From Octopus bimaculoides (Eukaryota): a DNA stretch of 60,664 nucleotides. Under the pieces are notes generated by a model, which worked only from the letters and a program-made list of their open reading frames with translations, did not search any database and had not been told where the DNA came from. The position numbers and the translations under genes were made by a program. Of this stretch, positions 11,931 to 25,129 are shown piece by piece. The DNA lies in the NCBI RefSeq assembly GCF_001194135.2, contig NC_068987.1, positions 23,978,409 through 24,039,072 of the forward strand, given 5' to 3'. Positions within the stretch are counted from its first letter, which is position 1, and each line of letters starts with the position of its first letter.

Positions 11931-13519
11931 TAAGGATCTTCTTGGCCATTGTTATAGTGAGAAAATAAAGACGGCAGGGTGACTGAAGTGACAGTGTGGT
12001 TGAGAGAAAAGGAGACATTGCTGGAAAGAATAATGGAAGAGGCAGTAATAGCAGAGGGGAATGAGGCAGTAGTAATGGAGAATAATGGGAGAGAATAAAT
12101 TATGGATAATCATATAATAGTCAGTGGTGAGAGTATGATGGATGACAATAATGAATGATCTGAGGAGAGAGAGGGGGAGTGGAGACTAACAATATAGAAT
12201 GGTAAAATGTTAGTTGGTAAGAGAAGGCATGGTTGATAAAGTATTCAAGCTGGCAATGGGAACCTGAGAGATAGGGAGTGGAAATTGGGGGAGTGAAGCA
12301 TATAAGATCTGATGCAATCCCTCATCAATTAAGCATTGTAATAAGAGGGGAGCACCAGATGCTGATGAGAGAGATGTATGCAATAGATTTCAATGAAAGC
12401 AACACAGGAGGGTATTATCAGCTAGTAAGAGAGCAACAAATATCAACTGATGGATGACCTGAGAGACAGAGACAGAGAGAGAGCAATTTGCTAGCAATAT
12501 TTATGTAGGAGTGTATATGTTAAGAGCTAAAGCAATCAATCCCTCATTACTCAAGCAACTTGATAAAACGAGGAGCAGAAAGACAGAGATGGTGGTAAAA
12601 GTGGCAACTGAGTATGGGTAAAGCTACTGCTTTTCTTATTCATGAATGGCAAGGAACAGTGAATAAAGAGACATGAGGGTGTCAGATAAGAAAAAAGAAC
12701 AGTATGTGGAGATTCAACAGGTACAAAATGGGAGAAAAGGCATAGTTTTAGATAATATATAATCAAAAACTACCTCCACTTTTAATGTATATTTTGTCAT
12801 GTTTGCATGGGTGGTCATGTTTTTTTCCAGCATCACATACTGCCATCCATTAGCATACATGCAAAAATACACATTGCATATATGTATTTATGTATGCCTG
12901 ACATAAAACCTTTGGTCAAAATAGTACTAGTCATCTTGCAATGCTTGTCACTGGACCCTACTAAGGACCTATAGAGTAGCAATAGTGTTGTGCAAGCTTT
13001 TATCACTTAAGTCTAATGACATATAGTATAATCTACATATAGATGTCTCACTATCATTTCATTTTTTGATTCATTTTGAATGATGGATGCATGACTGAAA
13101 GGTCATATCTATGCACATGTAAGGATAAAAGTAAATCAGAACAATCAGGCTGAATGCATGATGGCTATCATCATATACATTGTAATGATGTTTATTAGTG
13201 CAACACGTAATACAATATTGATTGGCTTCTCAGTATCAAAATCTACATCAACAGGTTTCAGATTAGAAATATCTGATTTGGCATGTTAACTATTGCAGGA
13301 AGAAATGAAAATAGTTTTAATAAATAATTAGAAATATCGCATACTCTGAAATAAGAATTTAAGAACGCATCTAAATCCATTTTCCAATAATTTTTTTTAT
13401 TAGAAATCTAAGTGTAATGTCTTCCACACAAACTTTTTGCTATAGTGGCTTAAGTATTTTATTGTGCAAAAAAAAAAACCCCCATATATTTTGAACTTCT
13501 CTAAGGATTATACTTTCAT

Positions 13520-13917
13520 TTTTTTTTTTTTGTTTACTGTGCAACTTAATGTGACTTTTTAGCTACTTTTTTGAGTAAATGACTTACCACAGATATCAAA
13601 GTGATACGGTTTCTCACCTGTGTGAGTAGTTAAATGACCATACTGAGTGAATGTTTAACCACAGTGATATGATCTTTCACCAGTGTGAGTATATTTATGA
13701 TTAGTTGAAATACAATTCTAAGAGAAAGACTTCCTACAAATGTCTTCCTACAGACATCACAAGTATATGATACCTTCTTTGTATCCCCTTGTGTCTCAGG
13801 AAATAAATCACTACTTTCAGACTGTGTTTCACCATGAACCTGACTTTGCAACATTTTCTCCTCCATCCTATTCACATAAATTAAAACTTCAGATATTGTC
13901 ATAACTAAAGAGAACAC
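13520..13917 (-). pseudogene. C2H2 zinc-finger pseudogene (leader plus about 3 decayed fingers)
   Basis: QVHGETQSESSDLFPETQGDTKKVSYTCDVCRKT, then a frameshift from a 14-nt duplication, an in-frame TAG, and HTGERSYHC / [18 protein letters not shown] remnants. Confidence 0.85.
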
Positions 13918-14285
13918 TCCATCTCAAAATATATATTTTTTTTGATAAAACTGACATTAGGCTTATATTTTCTTTTGCAATAAATAGTGTCATTTGTCAA
14001 AGTCTGAGGATTTCTCAGCTATGAAGAAACACTTCAGGATAGGTTGGTTGTAGCATAATTACTTTGATATCAATTAGTTTGTTCTTTAGTTAAAAACCAT
14101 CAAATAAAAGATTCTTAAAGTAGTTCTGATTATCAACAGATATCCAAAATAAAACACACCATGGAATCAGAAAGAAATAAATTCTTCAGTACAAAAGTCC
14201 ATGTTGTAAGTGCAGTCACCAATGTCCTTGATTATTCCATAATCTTTAGTGTTTGTTGAGGATTTTCAGATGACAGTCTTCTTGA

Positions 14286-14313
14286 GGTCACCAGGTATCT
14301 TGAAATAAAGAGA
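14286..14313 (-). other. Decayed copy of the zinc-finger exon splice acceptor
   Basis: Reverse complement tctctttatttcaagatacctggtgac versus tctctttatttcagggtatctgttgac at 56601. Confidence 0.55.
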
Positions 14314-15129
14314 CAATATATAAGACAAATATAAAAACAAATGTTTAATGGAGTGAAGAGACTTTACCAAAGTTACTGAAAGACACAACAGGAAAAAATG
14401 GTACAAAGATAGAGATAAATATGGAAATGTAGATGAGAGCATTGAGTTTTAAAAACAGAGACATTAACAGGACAAACAGACAGGGGAAGAAAATACTTTT
14501 AGTTTGATTGGTACTAAATCGAATATTCAGTGATCCATATACTGCATAAACAATGTAGAAAAGCAATGATAGAGAGTAATATTTGGATAAGTGCTTCCTA
14601 CTAAGGGGCAGTTTCAACAGATTCTTATTCTAAAGATCAAAGAAACATCTCCTTTTCAGAGTCAAAGATCATTTGTAAGATTATGACAAGAGATTATCAG
14701 AAGCAAAAAATATTTATTGTATGCTTTTTTGAATCATCCTTCCTTTTAGGAAGTCACATTTTTTTTTGTTATAATTGCTGAGTTTGGAAGAACAAAAAGT
14801 GTCCATGGGCATTACAGGCTTTCCTAAACAGAGGGAGGTTGATGCCATTAATGTTTCTCTTGAACATTCAACACCTGTGGAAAAGATATGAGAAAAGAGG
14901 GAATTCCAGAAGATTGACTTTCTAGGAAAGGGCTGAGTGTAGTGTAATCACTACAGAGTGATGTGAAAAGGAGAGATGAGTGGGACGAGAGAACTTGTAT
15001 AGAGGTGACAAAAGTCTAGCCAGGTCCAGGAATAAAAGCCATTTTACAGAAGTTTTAGAAAAGGCAGAGAGAGAAAGTAACATGTTCATGGGTGTTACTT
15101 ATAATTTCATTAACCTCATTACCTTCTTA

Positions 15130-15355
15130 TATTGATTTCAAATTTTGGCACAAGGACAGCAAGTACAAGAGAGAGGCTAAGTTGATTACATTAACCCCAG
15201 TGTTCAACAAGTACTTATTCTATCGCACCCCCCCAAAAGGATGAAAGGCAAACTCGAGCTCAGTGGAATTTGAACTCACATGTGAAGATGGATGAAATGC
15301 TGCTCAGCATTTTGCCTGGCATACTTATGAATCTGCTAACTTGCTGCTTTATCCT
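15130..15355 (-). mobile_element. tRNA-derived SINE, near full-length
   Basis: B-box GAGTTCAAATTCC (plus strand ggaatttgaactc) and body ggcacaagg...gattacatt.accccagtg...ggatgaaaggcaaa shared with the 28.8-30.3 kb copies. Confidence 0.7.
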
Positions 15356-15784
15356 TCTTATATTACCCTGAAAAGGTGGTAGATTGGGAATATCATTATC
15401 ATAATCATTTAAACACCCGTGTTCCATGCTGACAAAGGCTGGAGAGTTTGACAGAATCTGATGGGTCCACAGACTGCATCATGCTCCAGTGTCTGCTTTG
15501 GGATAGTTTTCATGCCACCAGTACAAGTCTCCTTGCAGCATGTAAAGCTATGAACTTCGAGGTGAGCAGCAGTTTTGTGCTAGGAGATGAGAGGTTAAAG
15601 TATGAAAGAAGGAGGCCAGAATAGAACAGGTTTCTTGCTGTAGAAGAGCTACATGATTGCTCACATTTTAGAAGAGTGAATGGGAATGATCAGGTGGAGT
15701 TCAGAAGAGAAAAAATATAATGGTGTCTGGGTGGATCCTGGGTATGAGGTAAGTTGATGTGAGTGGAGACTGTCATTTGATATT

Positions 15785-16010
15785 TAGTTATAGTTCTTTA
15801 CATTCTTAGTTCAAATTCTGCTGGAGTCAACTTTATCCTTTAATCCTTCAGAATAATGAAAAATAAAGAATCTTTCAAACACATAGGCACAGGTATGGCT
15901 GTGTAGTTAAGAAACTCACTTTGCAGCAATATGATTTTGAATTCAATCCCATTGGACAACACCTTGGGCCTTATGCTATAACCACAGGCTGATGGAAACT
16001 GTGTGGAAGC
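15785..16010 (+). mobile_element. Two adjacent truncated tRNA-derived SINEs
   Basis: ttagttcaaattctgctggagtcaactttatccttt (family A 5' part), followed by ggcacaggtatggctgtgtagttaagaa...caccttggg...gatggaaactg (family B). Confidence 0.55.
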
Positions 16011-16492
16011 CCACCGAATATATATGTGTGTGTGCATACACACATGTTTATGTATTTGTTTTGCAAAGTTTTTAATGTGAAACTGTGTGTTGAAACATAA
16101 ATATGACCATCCTCAAGTAAAACAATATATATATGTCTGGTTCAGGCTCAAAGGTCCTGACACTTATGTTTGACAAGACACAGGCCCTGTGTGCCAATGA
16201 ACCAAGTGTGTTGAACACACTGTCGTCGAAAAAAGTTATCCTCGGATGACAAACATTATCTATACTGCGACTAGCATATCTTGAGTCTCAATCCATCTGG
16301 ACGTTTTAAGAATAAATATGCAAATATCAGTTCCAGATCGTGCTGCACACGGTGAAAATTACGTTTTTAATGGAATTTTAACTTTACAAAATTATAGGTT
16401 ATGTAACTTACATGTAATTACTATTTTTGCTTTAAGGCTTAAACCGTTTTTTCATACGGATTTTTAGAAACGTCTGTAGAAGATTTTTCATA

Positions 16493-17859
16493 TGCAGTTT
16501 TGCGTCTCTCCTTGAAAAATGCATTTTTTTTTTTTGCAAAAAAAAATTCGGATTCCTACGTCTTAGAAGTGGGAGATTATGAATATGCAAAAAAAAATTT
16601 TTTACCCCCCCCCCCCCCCCACACAATTTAAATTGTTGATTTTGTTTACTTTAAAGAGATTGTAGTAAATTGACGAACATATGCAGATCGAAATTAAATA
16701 CAGACAAAAACATTAAAGTGAAAAGAATTTGTGTTTTACTTGTATTTGCCTTAAATAATTGTAAATAAGAATTTAATGTAAATTAATTATACACCATTTT
16801 ATGAGAAACAAACAATGGGCACTGTCATGGTATTAGCTGTCAGAAATGAAAGTAGAAAAATCCAAACAAGGAATGTTACTGCTGGTTTGAGTTGAAATCT
16901 GTTTCTTTGGCTACTGACTGGCCGGAGCTATCTGTCTGTCTGTCTGTCTCTCTCTCTGTCTCTCCCTCGTAGAATTTAAACAAATGAAATTCAGTTTAAA
17001 CTTTATAAATAAATATATTTTTGCATTATTCATTATTGTTTTTAAAAACAAATCACATACACCAATCAGCACCACCAATGACCACCACCACCACCACCAC
17101 GCGTAATCCAAAGTTGGAATTAATCACCGCGATATTGCCATCGCCACCGCTACANNNNNNNNNNNNNNNNNNNNNNNNNNNNNNNNNNNNNNNNNNNNNN
17201 NNNNNNNNNNNNNNNNNNNNNNNNNNNNNNNNNNNNNNNNNNNNNNNNNNNNNNNNNNNNNNNNNNNNNNNNNNNNNNNNNNNNNNNNNNNNNNNNNNNN
17301 NNNNNNNNNNNNNNNNNNNNNNNNNNNNNNNNNNNNNNNNNNNNNNNNNNNNNNNNNNNNNNAACAATGTTTAACAATTAATGTTATAAAGTTTAATAAA
17401 GGGCTCAAATTTCACCCCCTCCCCCAATTTTAAATTTTGAACTTTTTCATCCATTTATTTATTTATCTATCTATTTATCCCTGTCTGTTTATTCATAAAA
17501 TATATTTGTCAACTAAATGTGGCGGTCCAATAGAAGACGGTGTTACTGTTGTTTTTAGCCCCAGGTAGACATCCATATCTATCTCTTTATCCACACATCT
17601 ATATGCTTATTGAATTTAAAATTTTGAAAATGTAGTTTCTTGCATATTCGGAATCTCCGTCATATAAAATATAGGGGGGAAAAAATTTCGAAAAGGTTCA
17701 AAATTTTAAATAGGAGGGGGAGTGGTGGTGCTTAAAAAAAACACTTTTTTTTTGTTTGCATATTCGTAATCTCCAACATCTAAAACTTACGAACCAGAAA
17801 AAATTTTGGCGATTTTTACAAAAGAAAGGCATCTTTCAAGGAGAGGTGCGAAACTACAT
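16493..17859. repeat. Foldback structure: imperfect inverted arms 16493-16645 and 17690-17859, probably a non-autonomous DNA transposon
   Basis: tttgcatattc[a/g]taatctcc...tctaa...gcat.tttcaaggagag..gc.aaact is shared in inverted orientation. Extra partial copies at 17412-17447 and 17640-17660. An N-gap lies inside. Confidence 0.6.
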
Positions 17860-19529
17860 TAGCCCCCATTCATCGATGTGATGTTGATAAACGGGAACGC
17901 TCACCAACATCCTGAACTCTGTTAGATTTTCATGAAAACCCTATCACATCATCTTTAATTACTTAGAAATAGATAATAGGTTAACTTACTGATCTGTTGT
18001 CTTTTCTCTATCTGAGGTAGTGACAAAAGACAGGAACGGGATGACAATAACAGACACGAGTTTTCTCTCAGATGTTTTTGGACTTGCACAGAACATATTA
18101 AGCGATACAGTTGAACACAGACCAAACTAATCGGTTGAAGAACAGATGCTACTCTAGATTCGCTTCTCACTTATTTAATTTTTTTTTTTTTTTTTNNNNN
18201 NNNNNNNNNNNNNNNNNNNNNNNNNNNNNNNNNNNNNNNNNNNNNNNNNNNNNNNNNNNNNNNNNNNNNNNNNNNNNNNNNNNNNNNNNNNNNNNNNNNN
18301 NNNNNNNNNNNNNNNNNNNNNNNNNNNNNNNNNNNNNNNNNNNNNNNNNNNNNNNNNNNNNNNNNNNNNNNNNNNNNNNNNNNNNNNNNNNNNNNNNNNN
18401 NNNNNNNNNNNNNNNNNNNNNNNNNNNNNNNNNNNNNNNNNNNNNNNNNNNNNNNNNNNNNNNNNNNNNNNNNNNNNNNNNNNNNNNNNNNNNNNNNNNN
18501 NNNNNNNNNNNNNNNNNNNNNNNNNNNNNNNNNNNNNNNNNNNNNNNNNNNNNNNNNNNNNNNNNNNNNNNNNNNNNNNNNNNNNNNNNNNNNNNNNNNN
18601 NNNNNNNNNNNNNNNNNNNNNNNNNNNNNNNNNNNNNNNNNNNNNNNNNNNNNNNNNNNNNNNNNNNNNNNNNNNNNNNNNNNNNNNNNNNNNNNNNNNN
18701 NNNNCCTGGATTAAGGTATCTCTTTATGCTAGAAATAACAGTCAAATCTCTAAAAAAAATTTTCCAAATCACGTTTTTTAAAAGATCATCTCCTCCCAGC
18801 GGTCAGAATAACAATATCCGGGTAAATTTTGCGATCTTGTCCTTTTGATGGACAACTGAGTGAGGACAGAGAAACTAGGAGTGTGAATGGGTGGGGGTTT
18901 GCGAGATAAAAGAAATGGGAGAAGGGAGAGTAGATAGGCAATAGCTGTAAAGATTAGGCTGGTGGGAAGGGTGGATGATAGCTAGTGATGCATGAGTTGG
19001 GAAAAGGAGAGGGATCAGATGAGAGGAGGGGGACAATAAAGATGATAAATTTTGACTGGTGGGGTGGGGTAGGACAAGAGAGAGCGATGATATATAGTTG
19101 GTTGGTTGCAGGATAGGAGAGGGCGAGAGAGAGAGATAATTTGGTGTTCCAGGGACATAGGGAACGAGGGGAAGGGGATGATCAATGAAACATGTAGGTA
19201 GAGAGAACAATATTAATAAATGAAGAATGGCTAACAAGTGAAATGGTTCCGAGGGTAGCAAGAAAAAGATAAAGTGGTATCTGGGGAGAGCTGTGGTAGA
19301 AGAGATGATGGGAGAGTTATCAGAAGGGGAAGTTGGGTGAGATGCCCCTTTGTGATGCACACACACAATTTGTATATCATTTTCAGAACAGTCAAACCCG
19401 AAGCAGATAAAGCTATAAATAATAGTATGTAAATATTGAGTTAAAAACCCCCTTGGGGTGAAGGCTGCCTGTGAGACTCTAGCTCACAAAAGCACACACA
19501 CACATAAATTGCTTCTTGAAGTCAGTTTT

Positions 19530-19760
19530 CCTGTAGTGGATGAGTCTTCTCCTACCACCTGACATCCTGGTCCTTTGTTGTTTCTTCTGTGAGGCTCAGG
19601 GTCGTAAGGTCACAGCCTTTGCCACTTTGTCCCATATCACCTTGGGTCTTCTTGATCTACAAGACAGCCACATTTATTGATCAGCACTTCTTTTATTCAG
19701 CTGTCTTAATCTAGATGCATTGCATGTCCATACCAGTGCAGTCTTCTTTCTGACACATGA
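19530..19760 (-). mobile_element. RTE-type LINE ORF2 C-terminal remnant
   Basis: Reverse-strand translation ERRLHWYGHAMHLD matches the RTE RRLRWYGHVxR motif; the downstream sequence resembles 60020-60120. Confidence 0.6.
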
Positions 19761-20369
19761 TTCCCCTTAACCCAATTTTTTTTCTCAGCAGACTTCTGCT
19801 GTCATTCATGCAAACTTACATTGCCCAACCACTGGAGCATGCCTGTTTCATTCCTTTTCATTTTCCTCATCTCCTCTACTTTCGGGGCTCATATCTCACT
19901 ACGATGCAGCATTCTAACACATGCATCATACAATCTGCCTTTGGAAAATATTTATACACACTAATTATACATGGCCAACATGAATCCATGGGAAATAACT
20001 CTTCTTTTTCTCTCGAAAAGTGTAATTTTAAATTTTGAATTTGAAGCAACTCTCATACTTATTATGTTTTGATTATACGTTCAAAATCACTAAATACCTC
20101 AAACCAGGCAAGACGAATAGCTTCATGGGTAAATGAGAATGGTGGGTATCAATATTTCGGAGTTATTTCTGTTCATCGGCACCGTATGCCCAGGTCACCT
20201 CAGAACAAATTTGAATTGCCACACATGTAAAACAAAATGAAATTTTGAATTAGAAGCAGTTCTAATAATGTAAACATTGTCGATGTCACACAGTTAATGA
20301 ACGTGTTGAGTTTTTTAACACTCAATGTCTTAAACTGACTTTTCATTGGACAAAGCCCGCAGCTAATAA

Positions 20370-20645
<276 letters not shown>

Positions 20646-20809
20646 AACAATTAAATATAAGAAATAATAATTTCTTAAAGTATGTGTTAATCCCCACGTG
20701 GGTACATGGAGTAAATAAAATCATAACATAAACAATTAAATATAAGAAATTATTATTTCTTAAAGTATGTACTAATCCCCATGTACCCAGACTTTGTGGA
20801 CACCCTGTA
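20646..20809. mobile_element. Tc1/mariner-type MITE, partially tandem-duplicated (85-bp period), left TIR truncated
   Basis: Right end ccatgtacccagactttgtggacaccctg+TA (reverse complement TA-CAGGGTGTCCACAAAG). Internal inverted gggtacatgg at 20700. Direct repeats at 20646 and 20731. Confidence 0.6.
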
Positions 20810-21249
20810 GAAAGGATGTCATTCCATCTCTTCTGACTCTTTCCCTAGTGACTGGTATATAATACACCTACTTTCTGTACAACATTCTGTCACCTTCATC
20901 ACTTGACTCCTCTTGTACTTATGTGCAAGTGGTTACATTGGACCGTGTGTGCATACGCCACTCTACTTTTATCCCCCTCCTACCCCACCTGTCATCATCC
21001 TATGCCCGGTGTCAAATAGACTTCTGCCATCTTAGAATACCAAGTACTGTCACTCATCCCTCTCATTACTATCATTCATACTTTCACTCTGTAAAGAGGA
21101 TGGTGAGTGGAGTAGAGATGTAAGGCCTCTTTAGCTATGTTAAGGAGATGGTTACTTCTCTACTCCTGGTGTTTGATTTTGATATACAGCAACTGTAAAG
21201 AGGCTTATCATGAACATACATATATATGTGTGTGTGTGTGTGTGTTCAC

Positions 21250-21405
21250 TTGGTGTTGGTTTGTTTATGTCCTCATAGCTTAGTAGCCAGGAAAAAGAGA
21301 CTATTAGAATAAGTACTGGGTCTCATTTGATTAACCAAACTCTTTGGTGAGTTGTTCCAGCATGGCTGCAGTCCAATGATTGAAACAAGTAAAACAGTAA
21401 AAGAG
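21250..21405 (+). mobile_element. SINE 3' fragment after a (GT)n tract
   Basis: ttggtgttggtttgtttatgtcc...aaaagagac..tagaataagtact...ccagcatggctgcagtc.aatga.tgaaacaagtaaaa, a recalled cephalopod SINE tail. Recognition is from memory. Confidence 0.45.
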
Positions 21406-22199
21406 TATGTTATTTAATGATAACAGATTTTATGGAAATATATTTCCTTTCTGATTTACAAATTTTAATGCCTGTCAAGTCTCTGTTCAACTAAGCTTTC
21501 AAACAATGTGCATCTCTTCTCCCATCCTGTCTTTGCGATGACAAACTGTATCACAACTGTTCCAGCCGTTTCACCTCTTATAGTTTTGACAACCAAAAAT
21601 GTATTAAATTTTAAAAACAAAAACTAACATTATCAACAACATAATTTATAAGGCTTTATTAAAATTGATTTTAAAGATTTAAAATTAATTACAAATTAAT
21701 TACAAAGACAATTCCATATGGCAGAAAAAAAAAAGACTTCTGGATGATTGTGAGATGTTTAAACATGAAAAATTAACAATGAAAGTCATTCAACGCATGA
21801 GACATTTAGTTACTGAAGTTATATGTGGTAGTATCTCAAAGAAAAGAAAGAAAAAAAAAAAGAATAGGTTATAGCTGAATCATATATTTTACATCTGGAT
21901 ATACTTCAAGAACTGTAACCCATTTATTTGACATCTTAGAAGACAAAAATTTGGAATAAAATTTCTATATCTCTGAAATAAGCCAGTTATTAGAGTAGAA
22001 AATATTGACCATATTTTATCTTCCTTCATAACACATAAAATATCATTTTATATGACAGAAACATTAATAACTGTGGAATAATACATTGTAGTGTGATGGC
22101 AATTAAACTCAAGATTGCATATTCACTGGTGTTGTGGAAATTACAAAATACAGAACACAGGAAATACTTCTGTACTGAAGAAATAATAGTAGAGAGACT

Positions 22200-22379
22200 T
22201 TAAGAGTTGACATCATGCCAAAACATGGTCTGAAAATAGTGATTTATCTTATCAACATCAGGACTGAATACATTTGTAACACTCTGACCAAATCTCCAGT
22301 CTTCGGATATCAACAATTTCACCCTGCCAATCTCAGAAGTCCTATAAATAGGTCATGTTACCATGCTTCCTCTAAACTG

Positions 22380-22417
<38 letters not shown>

Positions 22418-22800
22418 CCTTCCAAAACATTCTTTACCTCATTGAACATAAATTACAAGTTCAAATTTTCTCCTTTGTGAAATTTGCTAATAATATATTC
22501 AAATGTATTTGCTGCAAAGATTCTATGAGAATTTTTAGGTAATTTGTCATGTCTTGCAATTAACGACAAAGAGTGATATCTGTGATACAATGTGTACACC
22601 ATGGCAGTAGTGACATTAAATAAAATTCTGTAATTATCTTTCCACAAATGTATTCACACATGCAAAAAACCATACTACTGTGATATTTGCAGTAAAGAAT
22701 TCTCTGAGAATGGTAGTTTAACTTATCACCAACAAATACATAGATTGAGTGAAAGAAACATAGACTATAAGAGCTTCAGAAAATGTGTTGAGGTGCATGC
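22200..22800 (+). pseudogene. C2H2 zinc-finger pseudogene (leader at 22220-22246; one recognisable finger at 22643-22741)
   Basis: gtctgaaaatagtgattta leader, and HKCIHTCKKPYYCDICSKEFSENGSLTYHQQIH. Confidence 0.7.
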
Positions 22801-23691
22801 ATAATTTTCTAATTGTAGAATAAAATACATAGATATATTTTAAAATCAGTAATTTTATTTGAACAGGAAGAAAGTGCATAAGATTATGTCTGAGCATTTT
22901 GATAACCACTAAAGTTACTGTTTTCTCCATGAACTCAAGTTTGAAAAATCAGCCTTGACAATTTAGTTACTTTCTCATGTGTTATTTGAACAAAAATAAT
23001 GCATTACACAAGCATTAAAATTCCCAATAAATAGAACCTACTGACCAGGGAATTTAGCAATTTCCAAATGAAAATTAGGTTAATTACCCACAAGAATTAC
23101 TCTGGCCTCATTAAGGAAGTCACCCAAAACGATTTAAGGATACATGACACACCTTTTTCATTCTCTACCAGTGATCACTGAATTACTTTAAAAAAAAAGA
23201 TGGAATCACTGACACAGCAAAAAAGCCCTAGCAAAATAAACTGAAGAATTAGTAGCAACTGATCACAGTTCTAAAATAACTTCCTGGAGTTACACAGTTG
23301 CTTTAATAAAATTGATTGACCATTTGTATTGGACAATAATGTGTTAAAAAAGAATTAAAAATAGGTGAGAGCTGACACAATGGACTTAAAGAAGCACAAA
23401 ACATCTTGGGTACTGCAGAATGATTTCCCAAATTATGTCCATTTTACAACTGATCTAGTATGGGTCAGACATGTGAACAAGGTTTTATTCTATCTTGTTT
23501 CTGTTCTATCTTAATTATTGCCATTCATTTTAATTCTTCAAGTTATAGATAAGAATTGTAACTCAGAATATGAAGGGAAAATTGCAAGGGAAAATGTTAT
23601 CTATGTAGAATTAGCTGTTCTGAATATAGTATAGTACATCTGCCTTGTCCAGAAATATTTTCAATGTTCTTGCATCAGTATAGCATCACTA

Positions 23692-23753
23692 ATTGACAAA
23701 TGTTCTAATGATACCTGATCTTATTGACAAAGGTTCTAATGATACCTGATCTT
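23692..23753. repeat. 31-bp tandem duplication (one mismatch)
   Basis: attgacaaa[t/g]gttctaatgatacctgatctt occurs twice. Confidence 0.9.
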
Positions 23754-24299
23754 AAATATATCTCTATTTTGATATATGACACACACAACTCCAACTGATG
23801 AAATAGCCACAGAAAGTTATTCTGTTCAATAACAAAGTGTTAGGCTGTACTGTCAAGACAGCTGATGTATTTTATGCTGTGAGAAACCTGAAAACAGAGT
23901 ACAAGCTAATGGTTACACTGCTTTAACAGGAGAGATTAATGTTAATAATCTGATGGCTTGGGGATGTTAGTGATGGCGGACACATTGTGAGCAAAGAGGC
24001 TGATATAGATTGTCAGATGAAATGATAAGTTTGCATGTCAGTAAAAGAACATATATAACTTGAATGTTTTTGGTTAAGCATTTTATTTTTGATGAAAGAT
24101 TCCTTTTTGTTTTCCCCAAAAAAAAAAAAAAAAGTAGATTGTAATTTCTAAAAAACAAAAAATTCAAATAAACTTATGGTAAGAAATGATAGTATATGAC
24201 ATGACAAATGTATAATATCAATGTTCCAAACCAAACACTGGTTTATATGAAGCCCATTAAGACCACCTTATTAATATGCATTAAGTAAGACTATAAGTG

Positions 24300-24720
24300 T
24301 TTTCAGATGGTATTGTTCAAATTTATAATTAGAAACAGTTACAATGTTTTTTAACAAGAAATCCATGTCAAATATCTGCTCAAACAAGATTATAATAACG
24401 CCGTGCGCATGCGTGGAATTCAACATCCAAGCTTTCTTGCTTCATTCTGTCTCTTTCTTGCTGGCCAGCGATTGAGCAAGGACGTGTCTAGCTGTCTCTC
24501 CATCTTTCGAACTCACGCTAGACAGCTCACATCAATATACCAACGTCCCAACAACCATGTTCTCACACACCGAAGACGTCTCAACAAACAAGATTAAAGA
24601 TGTATATTTTCCACCATGAATAAATATTGTTTGTGTTGATAATCTGCGTTGCCGTTAATTCTTAATTTAATATAGGAAAGTCAGGTGTACATCTAATGAT
24701 GTATAACCCACTTTCTATAA
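24300..24720 (+). mobile_element. Probable LTR (5' boundary uncertain)
   Basis: Lies directly upstream of a tRNA-Trp PBS. Contains TGCGCATGCG at 24404-24413 and AATAAA at 24619-24624. It does not show a clean TG...CA terminus. Confidence 0.4.
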
Positions 24721-24975
24721 AGTGGTGACCCTCCGACGTGATTCAAACACGCAGCCCGCTGAGCTATTTAACACTTTCCTATAAAGTGGTGACCCCGACT
24801 AAGAAAAAACGCAGCCATGGATTCTGGACTACCAACCTATAAAGTGGTGACCCCGACTAAGAAAAAACGCGGCCATGGATTCTGGACTACCAACCTATAA
24901 CTAATAACCCACCAACCTATAAAATGGTGACCCCGACTAAGAAACAAACGCAGCATGGATTCTGGACTACCAACC
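24716..24975 (+). repeat. Tandem array of four tRNA-Trp primer-binding-site units (three about 58-bp copies plus one divergent copy)
   Basis: Unit ctataaagTGGTGACCCCGACtaagaaaaaacgcagccatggattctggactaccaac. TGGTGACCCCGAC is complementary to the CCA-bearing 3' end of tRNA-Trp. Confidence 0.8.
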
Positions 24976-25129
24976 TTTTTATGCTTAGTAAGGGATATTT
25001 ATGACTAATCACTCCTTTCACTTTTTGCCTTGTAGTAAACCCCCTTCAGATTTGGCAATTAAAAGACATGCTAAGAGAACAGTTTTCACATTGACAAGTA
25101 TGTCATATGACTTCTTGCAATAACAAGAA

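Noticed and set aside
18850-19370. Strongly purine-biased stretch with a 163-aa Ser/Pro/Leu-rich antisense ORF (similar bias at about 12.0-12.7 kb and 55.7-56.0 kb)
   Set aside because: Low-complexity strand bias explains the ORF; there is no recognisable domain.
24722-24765. tRNA-Trp gene on the minus strand
   Set aside because: Only the 3' half matches, it includes an encoded CCA, and there is no D-arm or 5' acceptor strand. It is a PBS or reverse-transcribed fragment, not a gene.
24716-24975. CRISPR-like appearance of the 58-bp repeats
   Set aside because: No unique spacers, no cas genes, and a eukaryotic context; the PBS match explains the unit.
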